A DNA stretch of 64,000 nucleotides from an uncultured Phycisphaerales bacterium (GTDB taxonomy: Bacteria; Planctomycetota; Phycisphaerae; Tepidisphaerales; Tepidisphaeraceae), in assembly GCA_963844715.1 (NCBI GenBank), contig CAWJPJ010000006.1, positions 928,001 through 992,000 of the forward strand. The letters are read 5' to 3'. Position numbers and translations under genes: made by a program. The notes beneath the pieces were generated by a model. It saw only the letters and a program-made list of their open reading frames with translations. It was not told the origin of the DNA and did no database searches. Below, one piece after another: positions 11,404-22,735 of the stretch (the first letter of the stretch is position 1; each line of letters begins with the position of its first letter).

Positions 11404-13713
11404 TCAATTCTGACGGGCTCTCAAAAGCGCCGCGGCGATGAGCGCGACGGCCATCCCGCTGAAGGTCGGCGCCAAGGGCACGTCTCGCGGGGGCCAGTTG
11501 AAGGCGAGCTTGCCGTTGTCTCCCGGCCAGATAACCTCTCCCCCGCTCTGATCGGCGAGTTTCTGCATGTTGTCGTGATTATTGCCTATCGCCGTGAATT
11601 CCGGGGCATAGCATCCCGGAACCGCAATGCGGTCGACGATCAGCCCGGAACAGGAGAGCGTGGCGATCGACGGCTGCGCTGATGCGGCAAGTGATCCCGC
11701 GTAGTGGCCCGGACCAGTCTGCTGGATGTCGACGGAGCGCGTGCCGTCGTCGCCGGTCAAATCGAGCGTGAAGTGCAAATCGTTAAGCGGTCGATGCTCG
11801 TCGGCGGCGACGACGTCGGCGCTCACGTTCGCTCCGGTCGTCCAAGTGACGGAGTATCGCGGATCGCGTGGTTTGAGGGCGGTCTGGTCCGCCAAATCCA
11901 TGACGGGTTGAACATCGGGCGAAAACGCGACGGCTGTCACAGTTCCGCGTCCAAATCGCCAGGTCGCGGCCATCGGCACGTCGGTTTCCTTATACAAAGC
12001 CCGCGTGATTTCCTGGGCGTGATCCTTCAGCCAGGTGCGGTTCCAGGCGGCGATGGATTGGCCATCCCCGAAAACAGGCGGGGCAACGGAGCGGAGCATC
12101 ACAGGGCTTTCGATGATGGATTCGGGCAATGCCGAGCGGCCGAGCTGCTGCAAGGACGATGCCCACCGGCCGGCCTCGGATTGCTCGAGGACGTTTCCGC
12201 CGGTTGCGATGGCGATCCGCCGGACCGTGTCGATGCCGCTGCCGTGCCCGATCGCCAGGACAAATAGTTCGATTTTCTTCGCATTCAGCAGCTCGGATAG
12301 CTGCTCCGGCTGACTGATTTGCACGTCGCAATCGGAGACGAGCAGCAGCCGGGTCGGCAACGAGGCGTCGGTTTCCGAGGCGATATGATCGAGCGCCGCT
12401 TCAAGATCGGTCGGCCCGATGGGGACGGCATCCGTCGGGGGAAGCAATAGCTGCGCCGTCGCGGCGGCGCTTTGATTCGTCGACCACCAGCGCAAATCCG
12501 CCGCGAATTGACCGATTTGCACCGGATCCTGAGGCGGGAGAGTGGGGACAAGTTTGACGGCTGCGGTGCTGGCGGCTTGCCAGCGCGTCAGGTCTCCCCC
12601 GGTCGAGGCGCTCATCGAGCCGCTGGAATCGACCAGAATCATCCAGCGCATGAGCGGCCCGGGCGGGGAACTCGCCAGCGGCGACAGCGCGTCCAGAGGC
12701 GTACCCGTGTATCCACCGGCGGAAAAGGCGTGATCGCCGCCGAGTATCAACAGCGAACCGCCCAGATCGCGGACGTATTGCGTGAGATCGTCCGTCGTCG
12801 TCGGGCTTAGTTGGTCGGGGGATACGTTATCCAGAACAATCACCGCCGCGGCGAGATAGCGAGATGTGCTATGCGGCATCTGCGGCGCCTGCATCGATTT
12901 CCAGGTCGATCCGAACGGCCCGGTTTGTTCCGAAGCCGTGCGCGACCCGACCCACCAGGATTCGCCTGCAAATTGCGGCGAGTTTTGGATGGTCATCGAA
13001 TCGTTTTCCGGCCAGAGGTCGTTGGGATTTAGCTCAACCGTCGCCGAAGTGGCCAGCGAGGAAAGGTTTCGGGCCACGCGGGAGGACCCCGTGGGGATGG
13101 GAACGTCCGGTGTGCCGACCGTTCCGTCGAAAATCGCCACGCGGGGGTTGCCGGAATTGGCGAAGGTGGCGCGGAGGCGGTGCCCGTCGATTTCCAGGCT
13201 ATCCACGCGGGCGTCGCTGGTTTGCTCGAGGCTGGGATCGACCACAACGTAAGTCGGAGGGCACCAGCCGGGCACGGCAAACTGGCAGTCGCTGAAAAGA
13301 ATGATTGCGTCCGCCTGGACCGGCATAAAGTGGGTCTCGTCGCACGGCATTTCGCTCAAATTGGGGGGAAATTCAACCGGCGCTCCGCCGGCAAACCCCC
13401 ATAAATGGTACGACGTTTTGCCGAGAAGATCGCGCAATCGGCGCGAGAGGAAGGTTGGGTCCCGGAAAGTCGCCCCGCGCGTACTCGGCGAGAGATCGAC
13501 CATGACGGCGACGCCGCGCTCGGCGGGACGATGCCAGACCGGCCTTCCCGCCGCGATCGCCAGGCAAAGCACTGCCGCCAGCGAGATCCAAAGCACCGTT
13601 TGCGGCAGATTCGGGCGGCGCGACAAGACGATCCAGCACGCCGAGATCGCCAAAATCGCGGCGGCGATGAGCATCGGGATGGAAGTAAAGGTAACCGGCA
13701 CGGTCGGTTGCAT
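11404..13713 (-). CDS. Membrane vWA-domain protein with glutamine-amidotransferase-like domain
   Basis: Two MIDAS-like motifs (VDLSPS, VDSSGSM); GGSLLILGGDHAFSAGGY; terminal TM segments. Confidence 0.75.
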   Translation of the reverse strand: MQPTVPVTFTSIPMLIAAAILAISACWIVLSRRPNLPQTVLWISLAAVLCLAIAAGRPVWHRPAERGVAVMVDLSPSTRGATFRDPTFLSRRLRDLLGKTSYHLWGFAGGAPVEFPPNLSEMPCDETHFMPVQADAIILFSDCQFAVPGWCPPTYVVVDPSLEQTSDARVDSLEIDGHRLRATFANSGNPRVAIFDGTVGTPDVPIPTGSSRVARNLSSLATSATVELNPNDLWPENDSMTIQNSPQFAGESWWVGSRTASEQTGPFGSTWKSMQAPQMPHSTSRYLAAAVIVLDNVSPDQLSPTTTDDLTQYVRDLGGSLLILGGDHAFSAGGYTGTPLDALSPLASSPPGPLMRWMILVDSSGSMSASTGGDLTRWQAASTAAVKLVPTLPPQDPVQIGQFAADLRWWSTNQSAAATAQLLLPPTDAVPIGPTDLEAALDHIASETDASLPTRLLLVSDCDVQISQPEQLSELLNAKKIELFVLAIGHGSGIDTVRRIAIATGGNVLEQSEAGRWASSLQQLGRSALPESIIESPVMLRSVAPPVFGDGQSIAAWNRTWLKDHAQEITRALYKETDVPMAATWRFGRGTVTAVAFSPDVQPVMDLADQTALKPRDPRYSVTWTTGANVSADVVAADEHRPLNDLHFTLDLTGDDGTRSVDIQQTGPGHYAGSLAASAQPSIATLSCSGLIVDRIAVPGCYAPEFTAIGNNHDNMQKLADQSGGEVIWPGDNGKLAFNWPPRDVPLAPTFSGMAVALIAAALLRARQN

Positions 13714-13763
13714 CGGCTCCGATTATATAGGGAGATGATGAAAAAATGCTGAATGATGGGACA

Positions 13764-13818
13764 AGTTTCCAGTTGCCAGTTGCCAGCGAAGAGCGGGTAT
13801 TTACTGGCAACCGGCAAC
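13764..13818. repeat. Heptamer-repeat palindrome (REP-like) upstream of dnaE
   Basis: GTTGCCAGTTGCCAG (13772-13786) pairs with CTGGCAACCGGCAAC (13804-13818). Confidence 0.6.
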
Positions 13819-13881
13819 CATCCTTCATTTTCTACTGGCGGGGTCTTGTCGCGCGGGGGGACAAACCGCACAATCGAAACC

Positions 13882-16800
13882 ATGGCCTCGCCGGCGTTTG
13901 TTCATCTCCATTGTCACACCCATTACTCGCTGCTTGACGGCGCTTGCAAGATTCCCAATCTCGTGAAGCGAGCCAAGGAACTGGGGATGGACAGCCTGGC
14001 GATCACGGATCACGGATGCCTCTTCGGCGTAATCGAATTCTTTACCGAGTGCAAAAAGGAAGGCATCCGCCCGATTTTGGGGATGGAAGCCTATATGGCG
14101 CCCGGCGACCGGCGCGACCGGACTTCCGCCGGGCCGGGCGGCTCCGATGCGGCTTATCATCTCCTGCTCCTCTGCCAGAACATCGAGGGATACCGAAATC
14201 TGCTCAAGCTCTCGACCACGGCTTATCGCGACGGGTTTTACTACCGGCCGCGAATCGACAAGGAAGTTTTGCGCGAATTGAACGGCGGGTTGATCTGCAC
14301 GAGCGCGTGCCTCGGCGGGGAAATTCCGTCGGCACTTTTGCATCGCGACGCCAAATCGGCGCGGAAAATCGCCGAAACTTATCTCGATATTTTCGGGCCC
14401 GAGCGATTTTTCATCGAGGTGCAAAACCAGGGGATCGCCGAGCAGAATATCGTCAATCCGGAACTGGCGGAGATCGCCAAAAAACTGGGTGTCGGGCTGG
14501 TGGCGACCAATGACGTGCATTTCCTCAACCGCGACGATCACCACGCCCACGACGTTCTCTGCTGCATCAGCATGGGGAGGCTGGTCACTGACGAGGGGCG
14601 GCTGAAATACCCCGAGCACCTTTACCTGAAAAGCCCGCAGGAAATGCAGGAATCGCTCGGCGGATTCGACCAGGCCATCGAAAATACCGTCGCTATCGCG
14701 CGGCGCTGCGATGTGGCGCTGGAATTCGGGAAAAAACACGCGCCGGTTTACAAAGTTCCCAAGGAAGCGATTAAGTCGAAATCCGGCGGGGACATGCCGG
14801 ATGACGCCCGATATCTGCGCCAGCTTTGCGAAGAGGGATTGTCCTGGAGATACGGCAAAAGGGAAATCTCGCCGGAGATTCGCTCCCGGCTCGATTACGA
14901 ACTAGAGGTGATCACAAGCAAAAACTTCTGCTCCTATTTTTTGATCGTTTGGGATTTCTGCAATTTTGCGCGCAGCAGGGAATTCCGGTCGGCGCTCGCG
15001 GCAGCGGCGTCGGGACGATGGTGGGATATTTGCTTGGCTTGTGCAACGTCGATCCGCTTCGCTATGGATTGCTCTTCGAGCGATTCATGGACCCGAACCG
15101 AAACGAGATGCCGGATATCGATATCGATATCTGCCAGGAAGGACGAGGCAAAATCATCGAATATGTGCGGCAGAAATACGGACACGTCGCCCAGATCATC
15201 ACCTTCGGCACGCTTGCCGCGGCGCGGTTTGCAAGGATGTCGGCCGGGTATTGGGCGTGCCGCTGGCGATCACGGATAAGCTCACCAAGCAGATTCCCGC
15301 GGCCGTGGGGATGACGCTTCAGAAGGCGCTCGATCAATCGCCGGAATTGGCCGCGATGGTCGAGTCGGACCCGCAAGTCAAGAATATCGTCGAGATCGGG
15401 CAGCGCCTCGAAGGCCTATGCCGCAACGCGGGGATGCACGCGGCGGGCGTGGTGATCGCGGATCAGCCGCTGGAGAATTTCGTCCCGCTTTACAAGGCGG
15501 GCGACGACATTCTCACCCAATTCGAAGGGCCGATTGTCGAAAAAGTCGGCCTGCTCAAGATGGATTTCCTTGGGCTGCGCACGCTCACAGTTTTGCAGCG
15601 ATCGATCGAACTGGTGAAGAAGATCAAGGGGATCGACATCGACATCGAGGCGATCGATCAAAGCGACAAGAACGTTCTGGCCCTGTTTTGCCGAGGGGAA
15701 ACGAAAGGCGTGTTCCAATTTGAGTCCGGCGGAATGCAGGATTTGCTGATGAAGATGCAGCCGGATCGGCTGGAGGATTTGATCGCCGCCAACGCGCTCT
15801 ATCGCCCCGGACCGATGGAGCTCATCCCGCTTTATTGCAATCGCAAGCACGGGCGCGAAAAAGTCCCGCAAGTCCACCCGATCATGGACCGCATCCTTTC
15901 CGAGACCTACGGGATCATGGTCTACCAGGAACAGGTGATGCAAATCTTCAATCAGCTCGGCGGCATCGAACTCAGCGATGCTTACAAGCTGATCAAAGCC
16001 ATCAGCAAAAAGACCAGCGATGTGATCGCCAAGTATCGGCCGGACTTCATCAAGGGCGCCAAGGCGAAGGGGATCGCGCAGGAACAGGCCGAGGACATTT
16101 TCGAGCTGATCCTTAAATTCGGCGGGTATGGATTCAACAAAAGCCACTCGACGCGCTACGCCATCATCGCCTTCCAGACGGCGTTTATGAAGACCTATCA
16201 CCCGCTGGAATACATGGCCGCCCTGCTCACGTTCGAAATGGGCTCGACGGACAAGATGGTCGAGTACATCGAGGAATGCAAGAGGATGACCGTGGACGGG
16301 CATCGCGGGATTCGCGTTTTGCCGCCGGACGTCAATGATTCCGATCAGGATTTCACGCCGGTTTATATCGAAGCCGCCGGGAAGAAGCGCAAGGCCGCGA
16401 GCAAGACCGGAGTGATCCGATTCGGACTGGTCGCGGTTCGCGGCATCGGCGAAAAAGCCGCCGAGGCGATCATCGAACAGCGCCGTGCCAAGGGGCAGTT
16501 CCTCAGCATTTACGATTTCTGCGAGCGCGTGGATATGCGCCAGGTGACGCGATCGACCACCGAAGCGCTCATCAAATGCGGCGCATTTTCATCAACCGGA
16601 GCCAGGCGTTCGCAATTGCTGTCCGTGTTGGATCGTGCCGTCGAAATGGGTCAGCAGATGCAGCAGGATCAGCGGTCGGGGCAGTTGAATATCTTCGGCG
16701 AGGCGAGCCCCGCCGGTGCCACTGCCGGGCGGGGAGGATCGCTGCCCGATGTTCCGGAAATCCCCAGCGCGGAATTGCTGAAATTCGAAAAAGACTTGCT

Positions 16801-17536
16801 GGGATTTTACGTGACGAGCCACCCCCTGGCGGAACATCAGATGGCGCTTTCGAATTACGCGACGGCGACCACGCGCGAGGTTCAGAAAATGGCCGAGGGA
16901 TCGGAAGTCGTTGTCGGCGGCTTGATTTCGCGCGTGAAGCGCACGGTAACCAAACAGGGCCGGTCGGCGGGGAAGCCGATGGCGATCTTGACCCTGGAAG
17001 ATTTGGAAGGGCAAATCGACGCGACGCTCTTCGCCGAAACTTTGGCTCAGACCACGGAAAAATATCCGGACGCGGTCGCCGTCGAGCAGATCGTTTTTCT
17101 CAAAGGCAAGGTCGATCGGCGACGGGAGACGCCGGGAATTCTGGTCAACGAGCTTTTGCCAGTGGACGACGCGATTTCGCGGCTGACCAGCGACGTGAAG
17201 GTGCAGATCGACGTCGCGGATTCGGCGACGATCATCGCCGATTTGAAGCCGGTGCTGGCACGGCATCGGGGGCGGGTCAAGACGTTTTTGCAAGTCCCCG
17301 CCTCGGGGGTCAAGAAGGCACTGATCCGCCTCGATGAGCAATGGTATCTTCGCCCTACGCGGGCGATGGTGGACGAATTGCAGGCGGCGTTAGGCTCGCG
17401 CGGAAAAGTTGAACTTGCCGGCGAAGGAACGCGCCGGCTCAAACGATTGCAGCAGCAGCAACTTTTCCAAAACGCCGCGGTCGAATCGGAGCCGCCGAGC
17501 GATGTGCCGGCGGATGTTGTGGAACAGGAAGTGTAG
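13882..17536 (+). CDS. dnaE: DNA polymerase III alpha subunit (frameshifts near 14970 and 15225, probably sequencing errors)
   Basis: PHP domain FVHLHCHTHYSLLDG; GIPVGARGSG...MPDIDID in the middle frame; KMDFLGL, YGFNKSH and an OB domain in the last frame. Confidence 0.95.
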
Positions 17537-17546
17537 CGCGACTAGG

Positions 17547-18056
17547 ATGGACCCTATGCCGATGAGCAATCCCTTTGACATCCTCCTCGCCCACGACAAA
17601 TGGGCGACAGGCCAGATCATCAATGCGTGCGTTCCGCTCAGCCCCGAGCAATTTCATCGCAAATTCGAGATGGGTCCGGGGTCGCTGCACAATACGACAC
17701 TCCACGTGCTCTCCGCGATGCGATTATGGACGGATGTGCTCAACGAGCGCGAAATCCGGCCCCATTTCGATCCCAATGCCTCGCCCCAAACGCCCGAGGC
17801 CCAACTGAAGCTGCTGGACGAAATCGCCGATAATTTTGCCGCGACGGCACGTAATTTCCCGTTGGATGGCCTGATAAAACGCGAGCGAGGCGGAAAGATG
17901 TACACTTTCGCCCGCGGCGCGGTAGTCACGCATGTCACCACCCACGGGATGCACCACCGCGCTCAATGCCTGAATATGCTTCGCCATGTCGGAGTGACTC
18001 CCCTACCGCCCAGCAGCGTGATCGAGTGGGTGCGCCTCGTGGATGCCCCCCAATAA
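17547..18056 (+). CDS. DinB/YfiT-family protein
   Basis: GSLHNTTLHV and HVTTHGMHHRAQ His motifs. Confidence 0.85.
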   Translation: MDPMPMSNPFDILLAHDKWATGQIINACVPLSPEQFHRKFEMGPGSLHNTTLHVLSAMRLWTDVLNEREIRPHFDPNASPQTPEAQLKLLDEIADNFAATARNFPLDGLIKRERGGKMYTFARGAVVTHVTTHGMHHRAQCLNMLRHVGVTPLPPSSVIEWVRLVDAPQ

Positions 18057-18070
18057 ATTCGCCGAACGGC

Positions 18071-19342
18071 ATGCAAACCAGCGACTCATCTCTGACGTGT
18101 CGTCGCGTTGCCAATCTTTATTTCGCCATCACGGCATTCAAGCTGCTGCTGATTCTCGTCGCCGCCGGCGCGGGAAGATTCAAGCCATTCCTTGGGGATA
18201 ACGCCAAGACATTGTATCTGCCTATTGCCCAGAGGATTCTGGAAGAGCAGCGCTTCAACGGCCCCGACAGCCGGGCCGACAGCAAGGTGCCGATCGGTTA
18301 TCCGGCGTTTCTTGCCGGATGCGAATGGCTCGTGGGAGAGAAGTATTTCCTCACGCTCGCCTGCTGTTTGCAGGTGACCGCCGACCTGGCGGTGGCCGGA
18401 TTGCTCTTTTCCATTGGATGCCGGGTTTGCAACCCACGCGCCGCCGCGCTGGCGGGAGTCATCTGGCTGGTTTTCCCCCCCGCGGTGCTAATTTCCACCT
18501 GGATCACAGCCGAAAATCTCTTCACGCTTCTGCTCATCGCAAGTATCGCGATTCTTCTCGCGTCGGTTTCTCGTTCCGGGCCGTGGCGCACGTTTGGCTC
18601 GGGGCTTATGCTCGGCGTGGCGACTCTTTTTCGAGGGACAACCATCCTGCTGCCGGTATTTCTGTTCCCTCTATGGCTTTGGCGCCGAGTTTCGCACGGT
18701 TGGTTAAAGGGTCTGGCGCTCGTCGCGGGACTGGCGATCGTCATCTTCCCGTGGATGCTCAGAAATCGAGTCGCCTTACATGACCCGATCCCCGTGGCAA
18801 CCGGGTTTGGCAGCGCGTTTCTCCAGGGCTCCGATTCCAAATTCTTCACCATCTCCGGCAAGGACGAAAATTACCCCGAAGCCTTCGCCCAGGCGGCGGA
18901 AGACGGCCTTCCCAAGCCTCCGGACACCGCTTTGGAATCCGTAAAAGATCGCTGGCAGTTCAAAGTCGGGCTCGATCAATATCGACTGAGATTGCGCCAG
19001 CGCCCCGCCTCGTTCGTCGTGCTGGCGATCCAAAAAGCCTTGCGCGTCTGGTATGGAACGGAGTCGGGAAAACTCTGGCAGGAATTCATCCAGGCGGTTA
19101 TCTCGCTTTGCGTGGTGCCGTTGGGGCTGTGGAGAATTTTCGCCTGGCGGAAATCAAATCCGATGGCCGCCGCGTTCATCGGCGGGACCATCCTCTACTT
19201 CTTCCTTCTGCATTGGGTGACGCTGCCGGAGTATCGCTACGTCCATCCGGTCACGCCGCTGTTGGTGCTGGGAATGGCTGAGGCGGTCGAATCATTTTCT
19301 TGTTGCTGCCGACGAAGCCATGCCGACCATACCACGCGATGA
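18071..19342 (+). CDS. GT-C fold glycosyltransferase (ArnT/GT39-like) membrane protein
   Basis: Multi-TM protein with DN..LY, PIGYPAFLA, AENLF, PWMLRN and RYVHPV motifs. Confidence 0.7.
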   Translation: MQTSDSSLTCRRVANLYFAITAFKLLLILVAAGAGRFKPFLGDNAKTLYLPIAQRILEEQRFNGPDSRADSKVPIGYPAFLAGCEWLVGEKYFLTLACCLQVTADLAVAGLLFSIGCRVCNPRAAALAGVIWLVFPPAVLISTWITAENLFTLLLIASIAILLASVSRSGPWRTFGSGLMLGVATLFRGTTILLPVFLFPLWLWRRVSHGWLKGLALVAGLAIVIFPWMLRNRVALHDPIPVATGFGSAFLQGSDSKFFTISGKDENYPEAFAQAAEDGLPKPPDTALESVKDRWQFKVGLDQYRLRLRQRPASFVVLAIQKALRVWYGTESGKLWQEFIQAVISLCVVPLGLWRIFAWRKSNPMAAAFIGGTILYFFLLHWVTLPEYRYVHPVTPLLVLGMAEAVESFSCCCRRSHADHTTR

Positions 19343-19679
19343 GATGATCGCGCTGGAGGGGATAAGGCTTGCGGCCGAAGGGGAGGGTCTTTAGAACCAG
19401 TTCCACTGCGTGCTCGTCGGCAAGACCGCAGACGGTTCGCAGAATATGCGTTCCATTTCCCTGGCCCGGCTGAAGCGTCCAGAGCCGATGGATCACAACT
19501 TGCCTGCCCGATTGAATGATGAACTGCACCCAGCCGCGGCATTTCCCTTGCGTACACGGAAAAGCGTAAGCCCCCCCGCCGACGGGCGGCGCGACTTTCG
19601 ACAGCCCCGCGATGAATTTTCCGACATTCTCAGGATGCGGAGCGGGAGTCTTCCTGCTTAGGAATCGGAACAGGGACAT
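19251..19679 (-). CDS. Small GNAT-like hypothetical protein
   Basis: QPGQGNGT acetyl-CoA-binding-like motif and WYGRHGF. Confidence 0.55.
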   Translation of the reverse strand: MSLFRFLSRKTPAPHPENVGKFIAGLSKVAPPVGGGAYAFPCTQGKCRGWVQFIIQSGRQVVIHRLWTLQPGQGNGTHILRTVCGLADEHAVELVLKTLPFGRKPYPLQRDHLIAWYGRHGFVGSNKKMIRPPQPFPAPTAA

Positions 19680-20144
19680 TGAGCACCGGGGAAAAACAAC
19701 GATCAATCTGGGAGGGAACGCCCGCTAGCCAGAGACGGGCGCCGCGGCGACGCTGTGGCTGTCGCCGCCGCGGACCCGTCCCACATCATATGGCAAAGCC
19801 AATGCCATGGAATTGGCGGCTCAAACCGCATTTATTAGGTCAGAAATGAGGTTTAGGTGCGCGGAGTTGCGCCGATTCATGCAGACTTGCCGGACTGGCA
19901 TTGCAAAATTGCAAGACCAACCAGTCACCGGCACCGGCATCCGATCCCGGGAGGAGGAGGGCTTTCGTGAGAAATGCGAGCAGAGAAGCGACCGCCAATG
20001 TGATCGCGAGTTTGTAATTCCTGGCTCAAATCATCCTCGCTCGTTTCTGGCCGCGCGGCGAATTTTATAGTCGGCGCGCCCAAAGTAACCAGAGTCACAG
20101 CGCGTCGATCCGAGGAGGTGAGCGAGACCGATCACACCAACCTA

Positions 20145-21032
20145 GGGCCTGTCTGATGAATCGCTTTTGGTTATAAATAGCGGTTTTCAGACGAGGTGTC
20201 ACGGATGCGACGTTATGAGCTCACGGATGAGCAGTACGAGTTGATCGGCGATCTGCTGCCCGGCAACGGCAAGCGCGGCGGGCAGTGGAACGACCACCGC
20301 ACCACGCTCAACGGCATGTTCTGGATTCTGCACTCGGGCGCTCAATGGCGCGAGATGCCCGAACGTTACGGCAGATGGCAAAGCGTCTACGACCGCTTCA
20401 ACCGCTGGAGAAAGGACGGAACGATTGATCGAATCCTCCAGCGGCTGCAGATGAGGTTGGACAAGCAAGGACGAATCGACTGGGACCTGTGGTGCATCGA
20501 CGGCACCAATGTGCGAGCCAGTCGATCCGCCGCCGGAGCCAGAAAATCAAAACCGCCCCGGAAGAACCGGCGGATCACGCGTTGGGCCGCAGCCGAGGCG
20601 GGTGGGGCAGCAAGCTCCACCTGGTTACTGACGGCCAGGGAGTTCCGCTCGCCGTCGAGGCCATGCGCCGGCCAATGCCACGAGAGCCGGTACGTGGAGC
20701 CGGTGATGAACGCGATGCGCATCGGTCGCCGCCGTCGTCGCCCCAGGAGGCTGGCGGGCGACAAGGGATACAGTTACGGAAATGTGCGGCGATGGCTGCG
20801 TCGCCACCGAATCCAAGCGGTGATCCCGGCGAAATCGAATCAGCCGCCGCAGGAGAACTTTGATCGCAAGGCGTATCGCCGACGGAACGTGGTGGAGCGT
20901 TGCGTGAATTGGATGAAGGAGAATCGCCGCCTGGGCACGCGTTACGAGAAACTGGCGGTGAACTTTCAGGCCATGGCCAAGCTCGCCATGATCCGTCGCT
21001 ATTTCAGGATTTTGGATTCATCAGACAGGCCC
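20145..21032 (+). mobile_element. IS5-family insertion sequence in a CTAG target
   Basis: Perfect IRs GGGCCTGTCTGATGAATC (20145-20162) and GATTCATCAGACAGGCCC (21015-21032); CTAG at both ends (20142-20145, 21032-21035); exact IR/TSD boundary is ambiguous. Confidence 0.92.
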
Positions 21033-21035
21033 TAG
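20205..21035 (+). CDS. IS5 transposase; central segment encoded in an alternative frame
   Basis: RRYELTDEQY, WREMPERYGRWQSVYDRF, IDGTNVRA; ALGRSRGGWGSKLHLVTDG in the other frame; GDKGY and YRRRNVVER. Confidence 0.88.
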   Translation: MRRYELTDEQYELIGDLLPGNGKRGGQWNDHRTTLNGMFWILHSGAQWREMPERYGRWQSVYDRFNRWRKDGTIDRILQRLQMRLDKQGRIDWDLWCIDGTNVRASRSAAGARKSKPPRKNRRITRWAAAEAGGAASSTWLLTAREFRSPSRPCAGQCHESRYVEPVMNAMRIGRRRRRPRRLAGDKGYSYGNVRRWLRRHRIQAVIPAKSNQPPQENFDRKAYRRRNVVERCVNWMKENRRLGTRYEKLAVNFQAMAKLAMIRRYFRILDSSDRP

Positions 21036-21100
21036 GGGAATACTCTGATTTTTCCGGCGAAATTAAGTGAACATATATTTCGTGACGAGTTAACCAATAC

Positions 21101-22462
21101 ATGCGCACTCAACCCATTCCCAAAAATAGCGAAGCGAAGTTCCATATCGACGAACTATTCTTTTCCACGACGGATCCCAAGGGCATCATCCTGGCGGGAA
21201 ACGATGTGTTCGTGCGGGTCAGCGGGTATTCGAGCGAGGAACTCGTCGGAAGCCCGCATAACATCATCCGGCACCCGGATATGCCGCGCGCGGCGTTTTG
21301 GCTCGTGTGGGATTATCTGCTCAAGGGCAAGAGCGTCGCGGCATACGTGAAGAACATGTCCGCCGATGGTTCTTACTATTGGGTGCTGGCGGCGATGGCG
21401 CCGATCAAAGGCGGATTCCTATCCATTCGCATGAAGCCCTCGACGCCGATGCTGGCAAAAATCGAGGGGCTCTATCAGCAGTTGCATGAAATCGAAAGCA
21501 AGGCCAAAGGCCCTGGCGATGCGCGAGCGGCCGCGCTGGAGGAGTCCAAGGCGGCGCTCATGGCCGCGCTCACGACCCTGGGATATGAATCGTACGATGT
21601 GCTCATGGGAGAAATGCTGCTTGCGGAAGTGAAGGCCCGGAAAGAGGCGATGGCGCAAATCCGGCATCTGACCGATTCCCACGCCGTCGCGTCCGACTCG
21701 GCGCGAGCCGAGGAGCTGAGGGGCCTTCAGGAACAGTGCGCCTTTCTGGGCAAGCAAGTCACCGATTTGTTCAAGAGCCTGGGATCGTTCATGACCCTGG
21801 AAAAGGAGCTGGGGGAAACGATTAAGTTCATTCAGCAATTGAGCCGGCGGCTGCGATTGCTGGCGCTGAATTCGCAGATCCAGGCGATGGGACTGGCCGT
21901 CGAGGGCCGCCCGCTGCAGGTGATCGCCGACCAGATGAGTTCCTGCACCGGCGGCGTCATCAATTCGGCGATGGACATCTGCAAGCACATGATGGACGTG
22001 AACAAGGTCCTGAAGAGCGCGGCCGCCCAGATCGCCACCAGCGACCTGAGCGTGGAAATGATGGCCAAATTCCTGGACGAAATGACGCGCTCCAAAGGGG
22101 ACCAAAACTCCAACATTCGCCGCGAGATCGCGCAATTGGCGGAGGTGGCGGCGAACAATCTCGATACAACGCTGACTCTGGTCCGCTCGTCGGCGGAAAA
22201 CGTCGATGTGCTGCGACGGCGCCTGGAAGTCCTCCTCCGCGAGATTCGGACCCTGGAAATCCTGCGCGTCTCCGCCAAGGCGGAGATCGCCCAGTGCAAG
22301 AATTCCGTCAGCGTCTCGACGATTTTTGAGAACCTTTACGCCCAGACACGCGAGGCGCGGAACAAGATCACGTTCCTGGTCGATCTGGTCGCGGCGGCGC
22401 GGATCGAAGTGCCGGATGCCGGCGCGATCAAAGCAAGCGTGTCGCAGCTTCTGGCGGCTTGA
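21101..22462 (+). CDS. Aer-like PAS sensor with short chemoreceptor-type coiled coil
   Basis: STTDPKGIILAGNDVFVRVSGY...PHNIIRHPDMP...VKN...YYWV (Aer PAS); LRLLALNSQI (MCP-tip-like). Confidence 0.8.
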   Translation: MRTQPIPKNSEAKFHIDELFFSTTDPKGIILAGNDVFVRVSGYSSEELVGSPHNIIRHPDMPRAAFWLVWDYLLKGKSVAAYVKNMSADGSYYWVLAAMAPIKGGFLSIRMKPSTPMLAKIEGLYQQLHEIESKAKGPGDARAAALEESKAALMAALTTLGYESYDVLMGEMLLAEVKARKEAMAQIRHLTDSHAVASDSARAEELRGLQEQCAFLGKQVTDLFKSLGSFMTLEKELGETIKFIQQLSRRLRLLALNSQIQAMGLAVEGRPLQVIADQMSSCTGGVINSAMDICKHMMDVNKVLKSAAAQIATSDLSVEMMAKFLDEMTRSKGDQNSNIRREIAQLAEVAANNLDTTLTLVRSSAENVDVLRRRLEVLLREIRTLEILRVSAKAEIAQCKNSVSVSTIFENLYAQTREARNKITFLVDLVAAARIEVPDAGAIKASVSQLLAA

Positions 22463-22735
22463 GCGGGGACCACAGATTCACAATCTTATTTCCCCAATAA
22501 TTCCCGCTTAAATTTCGCGGCGAGCCATTCGGCGTTTCCGCGATCATGGATCGCCCCGCAAATTTTTGTGCGGCCACAATCCGGTTACCGAACGTAGCTC
22601 CCACCGCGCCGGACAACGAGGAATCTTTTATCTTGATTGGAACTGGGTTCATTGCCCGGGCAATATTCTATCTGAAATTTATGGCTTGTCGCCTGTTGCG
22701 CCGACCGCTTAACATGGGAATTAAAGGAGGCCGGC

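Noticed and set aside
14960..15240. Split dnaE, intein or programmed frameshift
   Set aside because: No intein motifs or inserted sequence; the pieces are contiguous and match the window-wide indel pattern
19710..20140. Unassigned intergenic stretch upstream of the second IS5
   Set aside because: No convincing ORF, repeat or RNA motif seen
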